A DNA stretch of 64,000 bases. It comes from an uncultured Chromatiales bacterium (GTDB lineage Bacteria; Pseudomonadota; Gammaproteobacteria; SZUA-140). Under the pieces are notes generated by a model. That model searched no databases. It saw only the letters and a program-made list of their open reading frames with translations, and was not told where the DNA came from. Position 1 is the stretch's first letter. Every line of letters begins with the position of its first letter. Positions 1 through 13,163 of this stretch are shown one piece after another. The stretch is from the NCBI GenBank assembly GCA_964581365.1, contig CAZOOF010000003.1:28042-92041 (forward strand), written 5' to 3'. The position numbers were made by a program, and so were the translations under genes.

Positions 1-373
1 GCAGATCCCGTTGCAGCAGCTCCAGAGCGAGGCGTTCCTGGTGCGCGAGGAGGGCTCCGGTACGCGCTCGCTCATGGAGCGGGTATTCGCCGAGAAGAAT
101 CTGGCGCCCGCCACGCCCATAGAAATGAGCAGTACCGAGGCGATAAAGCAGGGGGTCGAGGCCGGTCTCGGCCTGGCGCTGCTGTCGGTCCACACCCTGG
201 AGATGGAGCTTGCTCTTGAACGCCTGGTGGTGCTGGATGTGGAGGGCTTCCCGGTGCTGCGCGAATGGTACGTCGTGCACCGGGCCGGGAAGCGGCTGTC
301 GGCGCTGGCTCAGGCTTTTCGCGACTTCATTCTGAGCGAGACCCGGGGCGTCGTCGAAGTGCCTCAGGTGTGA
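1..373 (+). CDS. LysR-family regulator (CbbR/CmpR-like), C-terminal part; 5' end lies outside the window
   Basis: Substrate-binding domain motifs REEGSGTR, SSTEAIKQGVEAGLG and WYVVHRAGKRLS, typical of CbbR-like LTTRs. Confidence 0.85.
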   Translation, partial: QIPLQQLQSEAFLVREEGSGTRSLMERVFAEKNLAPATPIEMSSTEAIKQGVEAGLGLALLSVHTLEMELALERLVVLDVEGFPVLREWYVVHRAGKRLSALAQAFRDFILSETRGVVEVPQV

Positions 374-376
374 GTT

Positions 377-1459
377 CTATGCGGCCCTCGCTTGCCCGCG
401 CTCGTACCAGCCGCGGGAGCGATTGACCACGCGGACCACCAGCAGCATGACCGGCACTTCGATGAGCACACCGACCACGGTGGCGAGCGCCGCGCCGGAA
501 TGAATGCCGAACAGACTAATGGCGGCAGCAACGGCAAGCTCGAAGAAGTTGGAGGCGCCGATCAGCGCCGAGGGGCAGGCAATGCTGTGCTTCTCACCGA
601 GCCGGCGGTTAAGCCAGTAGGCCAGACCCGAATTGAACAACACCTGGACCAGAATCGGCACCGCCAGCATGGCAATGACCAGCGGCTGCTGCAGGATGGC
701 CTGTCCCTGGAAGGCGAACAGCAGCACCAGCGTCAGCAGCAGCGCCGCCATAGACAGCGGACCGATGCGCTCCAGTGCGCGATCGAACGCCGCCTGTCCG
801 CGGCGCAGCAGTGAGCGACGCCATAATTGGGCAATGACGACGGGAATCACGATATAGAGTGCGACCGACGTCAGAAGCGTGTCCCAGGGCACGGCGATCG
901 ACGAGAGCCCGAGCAGCAGACCAACCATGGGCGCGAAGGCGAACAACATGATGGTGTCGTTCAAGGCAACCTGGGTCAGCGTGAACATCGGATCGCCGCC
1001 CGTCAGCCGGCTCCATACGAATACCATGGCAGTGCAGGGCGCTGCAGCAAGCAGAATCAGCCCGGCGATGTAGCTGTCGAGTTGATCCGCCGGTAGTGCG
1101 TCGGAGAAGAGTTGGCGGACGAACAGCCAGGCGAGCAAGGCCATGGAGAATGGCTTGACCGCCCAATTGACGAACAGTGTCACACTGATTCCGCGCCAAT
1201 GGCCCCCGACCTGGCTCAAGGCGCCGAAATCGACCTTGAGCAGCATCGGGATGATCATGATCCATATCAGCGCGCCGATCGGCAGGTTGACTCGTGCGAG
1301 TTCCATGCGGCTGATTGCCTGGAACAGTAGCGGGAAGAGTTCGCCAAGCGCGATGCCCGCGACAATGCACAAAAGCACCCACACGGTCAGGTAGCGCTCG
1401 AATGCACCCATGGAGCCCGCCGGAGGCGCGGCGACAACGGCTTGGTTCTGCCCCGTCAC
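377..1459 (-). CDS. acr3: Acr3-family arsenite efflux permease
   Basis: FERYLTVWV, APCTAMVFVWS, GASNFFELAVA and GVLIEVP motifs; about 10 TM segments. Confidence 0.95.
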   Translation of the reverse strand: MTGQNQAVVAAPPAGSMGAFERYLTVWVLLCIVAGIALGELFPLLFQAISRMELARVNLPIGALIWIMIIPMLLKVDFGALSQVGGHWRGISVTLFVNWAVKPFSMALLAWLFVRQLFSDALPADQLDSYIAGLILLAAAPCTAMVFVWSRLTGGDPMFTLTQVALNDTIMLFAFAPMVGLLLGLSSIAVPWDTLLTSVALYIVIPVVIAQLWRRSLLRRGQAAFDRALERIGPLSMAALLLTLVLLFAFQGQAILQQPLVIAMLAVPILVQVLFNSGLAYWLNRRLGEKHSIACPSALIGASNFFELAVAAAISLFGIHSGAALATVVGVLIEVPVMLLVVRVVNRSRGWYERGQARAA

Positions 1460-1468
1460 GAGCCCGTC

Positions 1469-1969
1469 TCACTTCAGGCCGATGTCGCGCAGCTCCTGCT
1501 GCAAGGACATGGAGTCGAGGTGGTGGAGGGGGAGCGACAGGAGCAGTTCGATGCGGCGCTTCAGGACCATGGCAGCGTCCCTGAAGGCCATGCGTCTTTC
1601 AAGCTCGCTGCCTTCGACGGCGGCGGGATCGGGCACGCCCCAATGGGCTGTGACGGGCTTGCCGGGCCAGACGGGACAGACTTCACCGGCGGCGTTGTCG
1701 CACACTGTGAAGATGAAATCGAGGGCCGGCGCGCCCGGCCGCGCGAATTCGTCCCAGTTCTTGCTGCGGTATCCGGTGGATGAAAAGCGCAGCTGTTCAA
1801 GTGTCGCCAATGCCAGTGGATGAACTTCGCCCTTGGGGTGGCTGCCGGCCGACCAGGCGCGGAAACGCGCCTTGCCCAGCTCGTTGAGAATGCCTTCGGC
1901 CAGAATGGAGCGTGCCGAGTTGCCTGTGCAGATGAACAGGGCGTTGTGGATTTTCCCTCCGGTCGTCAT
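1469..1969 (-). CDS. arsC: Arsenate reductase, LMW-PTP/thioredoxin type
   Basis: P-loop CTGNSARS, TVCDNAAGEVCPVWPG and HWGVPDP. Confidence 0.93.
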   Translation of the reverse strand: MTTGGKIHNALFICTGNSARSILAEGILNELGKARFRAWSAGSHPKGEVHPLALATLEQLRFSSTGYRSKNWDEFARPGAPALDFIFTVCDNAAGEVCPVWPGKPVTAHWGVPDPAAVEGSELERRMAFRDAAMVLKRRIELLLSLPLHHLDSMSLQQELRDIGLK

Positions 1970-1981
1970 GAACGCCTCGCA

Positions 1982-2461
1982 TCAGCAGCAGGAAGAGCGC
2001 TTCGCTGCGACCCCATCGGGTGGCTGCTTGCGGGTGTCGGTCGGTGCGCAGCAGGCGGTCGCGCTCGTCGCGCGCTCTTCGACTTCGTGGAAGACGGGGA
2101 TGTTTCGCAGGGAATGAAAGTGTTCCCAGGCAATACCCTGCGGATCGGTGACCCAGTGCTTCTCGCTGCGCGCATAGCAGCAGCTCGTCTCTCCTTCGTC
2201 GAGCAGGGTGGCCATGTCGGCCGCCTGCGCCTGAGCTTTCAGTGCGGCAAGCTCGACAGGCGAGTCGGCCTGAACACCCAGATGGTCGATGCCGGGGGCG
2301 CCGCCGCGGCTGGAGATGGCGAAGTTGATCGGTGGGTCATCGAGCATCCACTTCGCGTAGTCGGATTCAACGCGCGTGGGCTTGGCTGCAAACAGCCGCG
2401 AATAGAAGTCGATGCTGCTGTTCAGGTTGTTGACGTTCAGGTGGACATGGAAGCGTTTCAT
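1982..2461 (-). CDS. arsI: ArsI/CadI-family VOC protein (putative C-As lyase)
   Basis: MKRFHVHLNV start, vicinal CCYA, WVTDPQGIAWEHF; start placed at ATG 2461. Confidence 0.8.
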   Translation of the reverse strand: MKRFHVHLNVNNLNSSIDFYSRLFAAKPTRVESDYAKWMLDDPPINFAISSRGGAPGIDHLGVQADSPVELAALKAQAQAADMATLLDEGETSCCYARSEKHWVTDPQGIAWEHFHSLRNIPVFHEVEERATSATACCAPTDTRKQPPDGVAAKRSSCC

Positions 2462-2471
2462 CGGCTTTCCT

Positions 2472-2798
2472 TCAATGGGATGTGCAGGTATCGACATTGG
2501 TGACTTCGCAGGCGCCTCCCTGGCAGCAGTGCTCGGTGAGGTAGCCGAGCAGGCCGTTCATCCGTGTAAAGTCGGCGCGGTAGATCAAATTGCGACCCTG
2601 CGGCTCGATCGTGACGAGACCGGCATGGGCGAGTTCTTTCAGGTGAAACGACAAGGTATTACGCGCCACTTCCAGTTCGTTGGCGAGGACGCTGGGTGTC
2701 AGCCCTGCCGGGCCGGCCACAACGAGGGCGCGAAAGACGCGCAGGCGCTGTGTGTGAGCCAAGGCATTGAGTGCGGTGAGGGCCTGGTCTTCTTCCAT
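2472..2798 (-). CDS. arsR: ArsR/SmtB repressor with C-terminal As(III)-binding cysteines
   Basis: ALAHTQRLRVFRAL, HTH NTLSFHLKELAHAGLV, C-terminal HCCQGGAC. Confidence 0.92.
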   Translation of the reverse strand: MEEDQALTALNALAHTQRLRVFRALVVAGPAGLTPSVLANELEVARNTLSFHLKELAHAGLVTIEPQGRNLIYRADFTRMNGLLGYLTEHCCQGGACEVTNVDTCTSH

Positions 2799-2834
2799 GG
2801 TTCGACAATACAACAAACATCGAATAATTGGCAA
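2799..2834 (-). promoter_or_regulatory. Putative sigma70 promoter for arsR overlapped by an inverted-repeat operator
   Basis: Minus strand TTGCCA(2834-2829)-18 nt-TATTGT(2810-2805), 6 nt before the ATG; inverted repeat TTCGA(2801-2805)/TCGAA(2820-2824). Confidence 0.55.
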
Positions 2835-3104
2835 CACCCTTGCCAGGAGGGTACATCAGGCGGAGTCTCTGGATGGGCAGGGGTCACGCCACGCGCGGGC
2901 TGCGGAAGCTCATCAGCATCTGCGCAAGGCTAGCGGGTCCAGAAGCAGCGTCGGTTCTGCGTCTGACGATTGCGTCGTGGAACAACGTTCGGTCCGTCGC
3001 GCATATAGTCTGGCGCTGGATGCGATGCAAGCGCTAACGGCCAACGCAAGAAATCAATACGGCAGCAATATGTTGCGTCGGGAGTCCGGGAGCCGGAGAC
3101 TGAA

Positions 3105-3178
3105 TGGAGCGGGTGATGGGAATCGAACCCACGTCATCAGCTTGGGAAGCTGAGGTTCTACCATTGAACTACACCCGC
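3105..3178 (-). tRNA. tRNA-Gly (CCC), 74 nt, CCA encoded
   Basis: Reverse complement gcgggtgtagttcaatggtagaacctcagcttcccaagctgatgacgtgggttcgattcccatcacccgctcca folds as a cloverleaf with anticodon CCC. Confidence 0.97.
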
Positions 3179-3276
3179 GTTGGCGTTGCATTTGACCGCA
3201 TCGCCCCGCTGCGGTCAAGCGCCGGGTATATGGTAAGATTCCAGCCTTGCTGGAAGTGATTTTTTGGAGATTTGCC

Positions 3277-3477
3277 ATGGAGATCTACATCAACGGCGAG
3301 GTGCGGCAGGTCGCGCCGGGGATATCGGTTGCGCAGTTGCTGGCCAGTCTCGACTGCGCGGGGCGTCGCGTGGCGGTGGAGGTCAATCGTGACATCGTTC
3401 CCCGCAGCGGCTATGAGACCCGTGTGGTAAATCCCGGAGACCAGATCGAAATCGTTCACGCCATTGGTGGCGGCTGA
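3277..3477 (+). CDS. thiS: Sulfur carrier protein ThiS
   Basis: 66 aa, [14 protein letters not shown]-terminal IGGG; RBS GGAGA. Confidence 0.95.
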   Translation: MEIYINGEVRQVAPGISVAQLLASLDCAGRRVAVEVNRDIVPRSGYETRVVNPGDQIEIVHAIGGG

Positions 3478-4295
3478 TGAGCTCAACGCAAAGCAAGACT
3501 CCGTCCGCGGTCGAGGATGATGCGCTGGTCATTGCCGGCGTTCGCTACCAATCCCGCCTGCTGGTCGGCACGGGCAAATACCGCGATCTGGAAGAGACGC
3601 GGCTCGCAACCGAGGCGAGCGGCGCGCAGATCGTCACTGTTGCCATACGCCGCAGCAATATCGGTCAGCGTGCGGACGAACCCAATCTGCTCGATGTGCT
3701 GCCGCCGGATCGTTACACCATCCTGCCCAACACGGCGATGTGCTATACGGCGGAAGACGCGGTGCGCACCTGCCGGCTGGCGCGCGAGCTGCTGGACGGA
3801 CACGATCTGGTCAAGCTCGAAGTCCTGGCCGATGAAAAGACGCTTTATCCGGATCTGGTGCAGACCTACGAGGCCGCGGAGCAATTGGTTGCCGAGGGCT
3901 TCAAGGTCATGGTCTACACCAATGACGATCCCATTGCGGCTCGCCGGCTGGAAGAAATCGGCTGCGTGGCGGTGATGCCGCTTGCCGCGCCGATCGGATC
4001 CGGTCTCGGCATACGCAATCCGTACAACATCCTGACCATCGTCGAGAACGCCAAGGTGCCGATCCTGGTCGATGCCGGGGTGGGCACCGCATCCGATGCG
4101 GCGATTGCCATGGAGCTCGGTTGTGACGGCGTGCTGATGAATACCGCCATTGCCGGAGCCCGGGATCCGGTACTGATGGCTTCAGCGATGAAGAAGGCGG
4201 TCGAAGCGGGTCGTGAGGCCTATCGTGCCGGTCGCATCCCGCGCAAGCGCTTTGCCAGCGCTTCCTCGCCGGTCGACGGTCTTTTCTTCGCTTGA
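3477..4295 (+). CDS. thiG: Thiazole synthase
   Basis: [45 protein letters not shown]. Confidence 0.97.
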   Translation: MSSTQSKTPSAVEDDALVIAGVRYQSRLLVGTGKYRDLEETRLATEASGAQIVTVAIRRSNIGQRADEPNLLDVLPPDRYTILPNTAMCYTAEDAVRTCRLARELLDGHDLVKLEVLADEKTLYPDLVQTYEAAEQLVAEGFKVMVYTNDDPIAARRLEEIGCVAVMPLAAPIGSGLGIRNPYNILTIVENAKVPILVDAGVGTASDAAIAMELGCDGVLMNTAIAGARDPVLMASAMKKAVEAGREAYRAGRIPRKRFASASSPVDGLFFA

Positions 4296-4990
4296 TCCCG
4301 GACGTGACCGACGCTACGCAGCGCCGCGTGGTGCGCAGTTTCGTGCGCCGCGAAGGGCGCATGACCGAAGGTCAGCGGCGCGCGCTGGAGCACCATTGGC
4401 AGCGCTACGGTGTGGAGCAGGGGCGCGATGCGCTGGATCTGGATGCCTTGTTCGGGCGCTCGGCGCTCAGGCGACTCGAGATCGGCTTTGGCATGGGCGA
4501 GTCCCTGCTCGCGATGGCCGGTGCCGCTCCTGAAATCGATTTCCTGGGAATCGAGGTCTATCGTCCGGGTGTCGGACACCTGCTGCGTGAGCTCGCGGCC
4601 CGGAATATTGGCAATGTCCGGGTCATCTCCGCCGATGCGGTCGAAGTGCTGCGAGACATGATCCCGCCTGCCGCGCTCGATGCCATCTATATATTCTTCC
4701 CCGATCCCTGGCCCAAGAAGCGCCACCACAAGCGGCGGCTCATGAATCCCTCTTTCGCATCACTGGCGGTCAGCCGGCTGAGTACTGGCGGCCTGCTGCA
4801 TATGGCGACGGACTGGGAGGATTACGCTCATCAGGCGCTGGAAGTGCTGGAGACCGTTCCGGAGCTGCGCAACACCGCCGGGCCGCGCCAGTTTGCGCCA
4901 CGGCCGGAGTGGCGCACTGCCACCCGTTTCGAGCGCCGCGGCGAACGCCTGGGTCACGGCGTCTGGGATCTGATTTTCGAGAAGATCTGA
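4292..4990 (+). CDS. trmB: tRNA (guanine-N7)-methyltransferase
   Basis: [38 protein letters not shown]. Confidence 0.96.
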   Translation: MIPDVTDATQRRVVRSFVRREGRMTEGQRRALEHHWQRYGVEQGRDALDLDALFGRSALRRLEIGFGMGESLLAMAGAAPEIDFLGIEVYRPGVGHLLRELAARNIGNVRVISADAVEVLRDMIPPAALDAIYIFFPDPWPKKRHHKRRLMNPSFASLAVSRLSTGGLLHMATDWEDYAHQALEVLETVPELRNTAGPRQFAPRPEWRTATRFERRGERLGHGVWDLIFEKI

Positions 4991-4997
4991 AACCGGA

Positions 4998-5834
4998 TCA
5001 GGGATCGAGAAAGGCGAGGATAGCGTCCAGCCCTGAGTGGTTGATCACCACGTTGGCCTCGGCCTGGGTTGCGGGTTTTGCATGATAGGCGACACCCAGC
5101 CCGGACAGGCGCAGCATGGGCAGATCGTTGGCGCCGTCACCGACCGCGATCGCACACTTCGGTTCGATACCGAGCTCACCACACAGCCGGGTCAGGAAAT
5201 CCGCCTTGGCCTGCGCACCGACGATGTCGCCGCGCACCGTGCCGAGCAACTTGCCATCGGCGATTTCCAGCTCGTTGGCCAAGGTGTAATCCAGGTTCAG
5301 CCGCCGGCCCAGCCGCTCGGTGAAGAACGTGAAGCCGCCGGATACCAGGGCGGTCTTGATGCCGCGCCGATGCAGTCCGGCGATGAGCTCCTCGGCGCCT
5401 TCATTGAGCTGCAGGCGCTCCTCATATACCCGTTCGAGAACTGATGAATCCAGCCCCTTCAGCAGTGCCAGGCGGCGGCGCAGAGAAGTTGGAAAGTCGA
5501 TTTCGCCGCGCATCGCTGCCTCGGTAATCGCGGCGACCTGTTCCCGTACGCCGGCGAACGATCCGAGCTCGTCGGCGCACTCGATGTTGATCAGGGTCGA
5601 GTCCATGTCGGTCAGGAACAGACGGATCGCGCCCGGATCGAATCCCTCCGGCACCGGGTTGATATCGAAGGGAAAGCGCTCGCGCAGCGAGTGCAGCGCC
5701 GCTGGAGCAAGTGACTCATCGGTAATGATGCGCAGATGACCTTGCCTTGTTTCCACGCGACCGCCGGTGATCTCGGCGGCATGCCGCGCGCCGGTGTCGT
5801 CGAGTTTCGGGCCCTGCAGGATGAGCGTTGTCAT
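4998..5834 (-). CDS. serB: Phosphoserine phosphatase
   Basis: HAD motifs DMDSTLINIECADE, VSGGF, VGDGANDLPM. Confidence 0.93.
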   Translation of the reverse strand: MTTLILQGPKLDDTGARHAAEITGGRVETRQGHLRIITDESLAPAALHSLRERFPFDINPVPEGFDPGAIRLFLTDMDSTLINIECADELGSFAGVREQVAAITEAAMRGEIDFPTSLRRRLALLKGLDSSVLERVYEERLQLNEGAEELIAGLHRRGIKTALVSGGFTFFTERLGRRLNLDYTLANELEIADGKLLGTVRGDIVGAQAKADFLTRLCGELGIEPKCAIAVGDGANDLPMLRLSGLGVAYHAKPATQAEANVVINHSGLDAILAFLDP

Positions 5835-5887
5835 TGCCGAGAATCCGGGGTCAAAAATGAACGCCGATCATAGCGTTTTTCCGTGCT

Positions 5888-7099
5888 TCACGCGAGATCG
5901 GTCCGGGCGGTCACGAATAGCATCAGCAGCTCGTTGAGGTATCGCCTCCCTCTGTCGGTCGGCCATACCCGCAGATGATCGCGCTCGATCAGCCCCAGGG
6001 CTTCGGCGCGTGCAAGCTCCTTTTCGACCAGTATCAGAGGAATGCCGGCGTGCTCCTCGAACACACGGCGATGAAAGCCGGCATTGAGGCGCAGCGCGTT
6101 CATCATGAATTCCAGACCGAGATCAGCGGTATCGAGTCGGCGCTGTTCGGCGATGCGCGCCGCGCCTTCTCTGGCCATGTAGTCGCGCGGGCTGCGCCGG
6201 CGCGAGCTGCGTTCGACCGACTGCGCGGAAACGACGGTGATCTTGGCGTGGGCACCGGCGCCGATGCCGAGGTAATCACCGAACAGCCAGTAATTCAGGT
6301 TGTGTTCGCATCGATGTCCGGGTCTGGCCCAGGCCGATACTTCGTACTGTTCATGACCGGCGGCGGCGAACAGCTCCCGGCACTGCTGCTGCATATCCCA
6401 CAGGGCGTCGTCGTCGGGGGTGGCCGGCGGGGCGTGATGGAATGCGGTGTTCGGTTCTATGGTGAGCTGATAGTGCGATACGTGCGGAGCGCCGAGAGCG
6501 AGCGCCTCGCGCAGATCGGCCTGCGCGCCGGCGACCGACTGCCCGGGGAGTCCGTACATCAGATCGATGTTCCAGTTGTCGAAGCCGGCAGCGATGGCGC
6601 CTTCCGCTGCGCTCTTGGCGGCGGCAGCGTCGTGGATGCGGCCGATGCGGAGCAGCATTTCATTGTCCAGGCTCTGCACGCCGATGGAGAGGCGGTTTAT
6701 GCCGGCGGCCTTGAGCTCGGCCAGCTTTGCCTGATCCACCGTGCCCGGATTGGCTTCCAGTGTGATTTCAGCGCCGGGATGCAGAGGAACCCGGGCGCGG
6801 ACCTCGGAAAGCAGGCGGTCCACAGATTCCGGCCGCAGCAGGCTCGGAGTGCCGCCGCCGATGAATACAGTTTCTACCGGGCGGCCCCACACCAGCGGCA
6901 GATCGTGTTCGAGGTCGGCGATGAGCGCGGCGATGTACTCGGATTCAGGAATATCTCCCCGCGGCTCATGCGAGTTGAAGTCGCAGTAGGGGCACTTGCG
7001 CGTACACCAGGGAACGTGGATATAAAGCGCCAGCGGCGGCGCCGCCTGGAAACGGGGGGGCTGCGCCAGGGCCGGAGACAGGCGAACCGTACCGCTCAT
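5888..7099 (-). CDS. hemW: Radical SAM heme chaperone HemW
   Basis: [37 protein letters not shown]. Confidence 0.93.
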   Translation of the reverse strand: MSGTVRLSPALAQPPRFQAAPPLALYIHVPWCTRKCPYCDFNSHEPRGDIPESEYIAALIADLEHDLPLVWGRPVETVFIGGGTPSLLRPESVDRLLSEVRARVPLHPGAEITLEANPGTVDQAKLAELKAAGINRLSIGVQSLDNEMLLRIGRIHDAAAAKSAAEGAIAAGFDNWNIDLMYGLPGQSVAGAQADLREALALGAPHVSHYQLTIEPNTAFHHAPPATPDDDALWDMQQQCRELFAAAGHEQYEVSAWARPGHRCEHNLNYWLFGDYLGIGAGAHAKITVVSAQSVERSSRRRSPRDYMAREGAARIAEQRRLDTADLGLEFMMNALRLNAGFHRRVFEEHAGIPLILVEKELARAEALGLIERDHLRVWPTDRGRRYLNELLMLFVTARTDLA

Positions 7100-7718
7100 G
7101 ACGGATGCGGTGAGCCCAGCGCCTGCAGAAGGCTCCTCAGCGCCTGGCCGCGATGGCTCAGCCGGTTCTTGGTGTCCGGCGTGAGTTCTGCAGCCGAGCA
7201 GTCATGGTCGGGAACGAGAAACACCGGATCATAGCCGAAGCCGCCACTGCCCCGCGGCTCGGTCAGAATGCTGCCCTCCCAGGTCCCCTGGCAGATGAGC
7301 GGGGTCGGATCCGCGGCATGGCGCAGGTACACGATGACGCAGCGGAAGCGTGCCGTGCGCTCGCCTTCAGGAACGCCGGCGAGCGCTGTCAGCAGCTTGC
7401 GTACATTGGGACCATTGTCTCCGCCGGGGCCCGCATAGCGGGCGGAATGAATTCCAGGAGCGCCGTTCAGCGCATCGACTTCGAGGCCGGAATCGTCGGC
7501 GAGGGCGGGCAATCCCGTGTGCCGGGAGGCGTTGCGCGCCTTGATGATCGCGTTTTCGATGAAGGTGAGCCCGTTTTCCTCGGCTTCCGGGACGCCGAAG
7601 CCGCTCTGTGAGCAGATGACGATTCCGCTTCCGGCGAGGAGATCGGCAAACTCGCGCAGCTTGCCCTGATTGCCGCTGGCCAGAACGATACGGCGTTCCG
7701 GAGCGGACGGGTGTGTGC

Positions 7719-7722
<4 letters not shown>
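7096..7722 (-). CDS. rdgB: dITP/XTP pyrophosphatase
   Basis: [29 protein letters not shown]. Confidence 0.96.
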
Positions 7723-8447
<725 letters not shown>

Positions 8448-8536
8448 CAGGTAGGTTCCGTTGTATATCTGGGGTCTGATTCTGTGGGAGAATTAGTATA
8501 CCCTATCGAACCCGCATGACCGGAGGATTCTTCCGC

Positions 8537-10116
<1,580 letters not shown>

Positions 10117-10153
10117 TGACCGGATCATCAACATACAGAATTTCCGGAGAGCC

Positions 10154-10480
10154 ATGGCACGCGTCACTGTAGAAGATTGTCTGGAAAAGGTGCCCAACCG
10201 ATTCGACCTCGTGCTGATTGCCGCCAAACGGGCGCGGCAGCTGAGTCTCGGCAAGGAGCCGACGGTGCCTTGGGACAACGACAAGCCGACGGTGGTGGCG
10301 TTGCGCGAGATCGCCATCGGCGCCATCGACAGCTCGGTGCTGGACGAAGTCGGCCCTGAAGAGCAGCGGGATGCCGCCCTCGACGAGCAGGGGTTGCGCG
10401 AACGGCTGCGGCAGGAGCTGCAGCAGGAACTGCAGGATTTTCGTCCGGAGTCGCCTGAATCCGAGCAGGAGCAGGATTAA
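10154..10480 (+). CDS. rpoZ: RNA polymerase omega subunit
   Basis: [35 protein letters not shown]. Confidence 0.97.
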   Translation: MARVTVEDCLEKVPNRFDLVLIAAKRARQLSLGKEPTVPWDNDKPTVVALREIAIGAIDSSVLDEVGPEEQRDAALDEQGLRERLRQELQQELQDFRPESPESEQEQD

Positions 10481-10505
10481 GGCCGCCTCGTGACCGGACC
10501 CTGCC

Positions 10506-12737
10506 TTGAAACGCTCCGAGCAGATCTTTCATGTCGAGCAGCCTGAAGTTTCGGATCCCGATCTGCTGCTCGAGGATCTGTGCTCGGAGCTCGAGACCTA
10601 TCTCGATCCCGCACAGATAAGCGAGGTCCGGCGCGCTCACCAGTTCAGCGCCCGGGCCCATGAGGGCCAGCAGCGGCTCTCGGGCGAACCCTACATCAGT
10701 CATCCTCTCGCTGTCGCCCGCATCCTGGCCGGGATGCGCATGAATACCGAATGTATCGTGGCGGCGCTGCTCCATGATGTCATCGAGGACACGCCCACCG
10801 CGCGAGAGCAGATCGCCGAGCAATTCGGCGAGGATGTCGCCCATCTCGTCGATGGCGTCAGCAAGCTGACCCAGATCCAGTTCGAGAGTCGCCGCGAAGC
10901 CCAGGCCGAGAACTTCCGCAAGATGCTTCTGGCGATGGTCCAGGACATCCGCGTCATCATCATCAAGCTGGCTGATCGCTTGCATAACATGCGCACCATC
11001 GGCGCCTGTGCTCCGGAGAAGCGGCGGCGCATTGCCCACGAGACCCTGGAGATCTACGCGCCGATTGCCAACCGGCTGGGCATGAATGTGATACGGACCG
11101 AGCTGCAGGAGCTCGGCTTCGCGGTCTACTACCCCATGCGCTATCGGGTGCTCGCCGAGTCGGTCCGCAAGGCGCGCGGCAATCGCCGCGAGATCGTCAG
11201 CAAGATCAAGGCGGCGCTCGAAGAACGCTTGAGTCATGACGGCTTGCCGTGCCGGGTAATCGGACGTGAGAAGAGCCTGTACAGCATCTACCTGAAGATG
11301 CGGCACAAGCGCCTGAGCTTCGCTGAAGTGTTCGACGTCTATGCCTTTCGCATCATCGTGGACAGCGTCGATGCCTGTTACCGCGCCCTCGGCGCTGTGC
11401 ACAATCTCTACAAACCCGTTCCCGGCAAGTTCAAGGACTACATCGCCATTCCCAAGGCGAACGGCTACCAGTCCTTGCATACCGTGCTGTTCGGGCCATT
11501 CGGGGTGCACATCGAGGTGCAGATGCGCTCGGAAGACATGGAGAAGGTCGCCGAGGCCGGCGTGGCCGCGCATTGGCTGTACAAGCTGGGCGATGGCGGT
11601 ACTGCCAGCGGCACCGAAAAGCGGGTGCGCGAATGGATGAGCGGTCTGCTCGAAATGCAGAAGAGCGCGGGCAACTCGCTGGAGTTCCTGGAGAACGTGA
11701 AGATCGATCTGTTCCCGGACGAGGTCTATGTCTTCACTCCACGTGGCCGTATTCTCGCCCTGCCCCGTGGCGCCACACCGGTCGATTTCGCCTATGCCGT
11801 GCACACCGATCTCGGTAATACCTGCGTCGCTGCCAAGATCGAGCGCCGTCTCGCGCCGCTCTCCACTACGCTGCAGAACGGGCAGACGGTGGAGGTCATT
11901 GCCTCACCCGGTGCCCGGCCCAATCCGGCATGGCTCAACTGGGTCGTCACCGGCAAGGCCCGCGCCAATATTCGCAGCTTCCTGAAGAATCTGAAGCGCG
12001 AGGAGTCGGTGGAACTGGGGCGTCGCCTGTTCGAGCGCTCGCTGCGTAACGTCACCGGCCGCGGACCGGAGGAAATCACGCCCCGGGACATGAATCGGCT
12101 GCTCGCCGATTTCAAGTGCGAGCGAGCGGAGCAGCTCTACGAGGATATCGGCCTCGGCAACCGCCTGGCGCCGCTGGTCGTGCGCCGACTGCTGGAACTG
12201 ACCAGTGCCAGCGGGCGGCGCGGCAATCGCGCGATCAAGCAGGTGTTTTCCCGCTACATGCCGTCCTGGCTCGGAGGGTCGAAAAACGGGCCCGCGCCTC
12301 TGTCCATCAAGGGGACCGAAGGCATGGTCGTCACCTTCGCCAAGTGCTGTTACCCCTTGCCGGGCGATGCGATCCAGGGCTTCGTGACTTCCGGCCGCGG
12401 CATCGTCGTCCATGCCGAGTCGTGCAAGAACGTCAAGGAGTTCCGTAATCAGCCCGAGCGATGGATCGACGTGCAGTGGGAGCGCGACATCGAGGGCGAG
12501 TTCCCGGTGGAGATCCGGGTCGATGCGCTGAATCGCCGGGGCGTGCTCGCGACCATCGCTGCAGTTATCGCCGACATGGGCGTCAACATCAACAACGTGT
12601 CGATCGAAGAACACGATGGCAAGTACAGTTCGATATACTTCGTGATCGCTGTCAACAACCGGGTGCATCTCGCGCGGGTCATGCGTCGCATCCGCACCAT
12701 CGAGCATGTGGTCAAGATAGTCCGCAAAAAAGCCTGA
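10506..12737 (+). CDS. spoT: Bifunctional (p)ppGpp synthetase/hydrolase SpoT
   Basis: HD motif [35 protein letters not shown] and ACT domains. Confidence 0.97.
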   Translation: MKRSEQIFHVEQPEVSDPDLLLEDLCSELETYLDPAQISEVRRAHQFSARAHEGQQRLSGEPYISHPLAVARILAGMRMNTECIVAALLHDVIEDTPTAREQIAEQFGEDVAHLVDGVSKLTQIQFESRREAQAENFRKMLLAMVQDIRVIIIKLADRLHNMRTIGACAPEKRRRIAHETLEIYAPIANRLGMNVIRTELQELGFAVYYPMRYRVLAESVRKARGNRREIVSKIKAALEERLSHDGLPCRVIGREKSLYSIYLKMRHKRLSFAEVFDVYAFRIIVDSVDACYRALGAVHNLYKPVPGKFKDYIAIPKANGYQSLHTVLFGPFGVHIEVQMRSEDMEKVAEAGVAAHWLYKLGDGGTASGTEKRVREWMSGLLEMQKSAGNSLEFLENVKIDLFPDEVYVFTPRGRILALPRGATPVDFAYAVHTDLGNTCVAAKIERRLAPLSTTLQNGQTVEVIASPGARPNPAWLNWVVTGKARANIRSFLKNLKREESVELGRRLFERSLRNVTGRGPEEITPRDMNRLLADFKCERAEQLYEDIGLGNRLAPLVVRRLLELTSASGRRGNRAIKQVFSRYMPSWLGGSKNGPAPLSIKGTEGMVVTFAKCCYPLPGDAIQGFVTSGRGIVVHAESCKNVKEFRNQPERWIDVQWERDIEGEFPVEIRVDALNRRGVLATIAAVIADMGVNINNVSIEEHDGKYSSIYFVIAVNNRVHLARVMRRIRTIEHVVKIVRKKA

Positions 12738-12760
12738 GCGCAGAAGAAGAGGACGGGGAC

Positions 12761-13159
12761 TTGGAAAGACAGATCATCAGTACCGCAGCCGCGCCGGCGG
12801 CCATAGGTACCTATTCGCAGGCGGTCCGGGTCGGGGATACCGTGTATCTCTCCGGACAGATCCCGCTCGATCCGGCGACCATGCAAATGGTCGAGGGGGA
12901 CTTCGCGGCGGCGGCGACCCAGGTTTTCGACAATTTGAAGGCGGTGGCGGAAGCGGCCGGCGGCTCGCTCGCTGACGTGGTCAAACTGAATGTGTTTCTG
13001 GTCGATCTCGGCACATTCGCTATCGTCAATGAGGTCATGGAGCGCTTTTTCTCCGCGCCTTTTCCCGCCCGCGCGGTGGTCCAGGTGGCAGCGCTGCCGC
13101 GCGGCGCCGCTATCGAAGCCGACGCGATCATGCAGCTGGGCGGCGCCGGCCGGCGCTGA
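12761..13159 (+). CDS. ridA: RidA-family enamine/imine deaminase
   Basis: [35 protein letters not shown]; TTG start. Confidence 0.92.
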   Translation: MERQIISTAAAPAAIGTYSQAVRVGDTVYLSGQIPLDPATMQMVEGDFAAAATQVFDNLKAVAEAAGGSLADVVKLNVFLVDLGTFAIVNEVMERFFSAPFPARAVVQVAALPRGAAIEADAIMQLGGAGRR

Positions 13160-13163
13160 ATCA

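Noticed and set aside
74-84. 11-bp match (ATGGAGCGGGT) to the tRNA-Gly 3' end at 3104-3114, a possible att repeat
   Set aside because: It lies inside the uninterrupted LysR frame (M-E-R-V); an attachment site here would have split the gene.
2829-2845. TGGCAA-N5-TTGCCA resembling a sigma54 -24/-12 promoter
   Set aside because: It is palindromic and one arm is better explained as the arsR sigma70 -35; no activator or suitable downstream start codon on the plus strand.
3477-4990. Possible ThiG-TrmB fusion or readthrough
   Set aside because: Separate frames with an ordinary overlapping stop/start junction.
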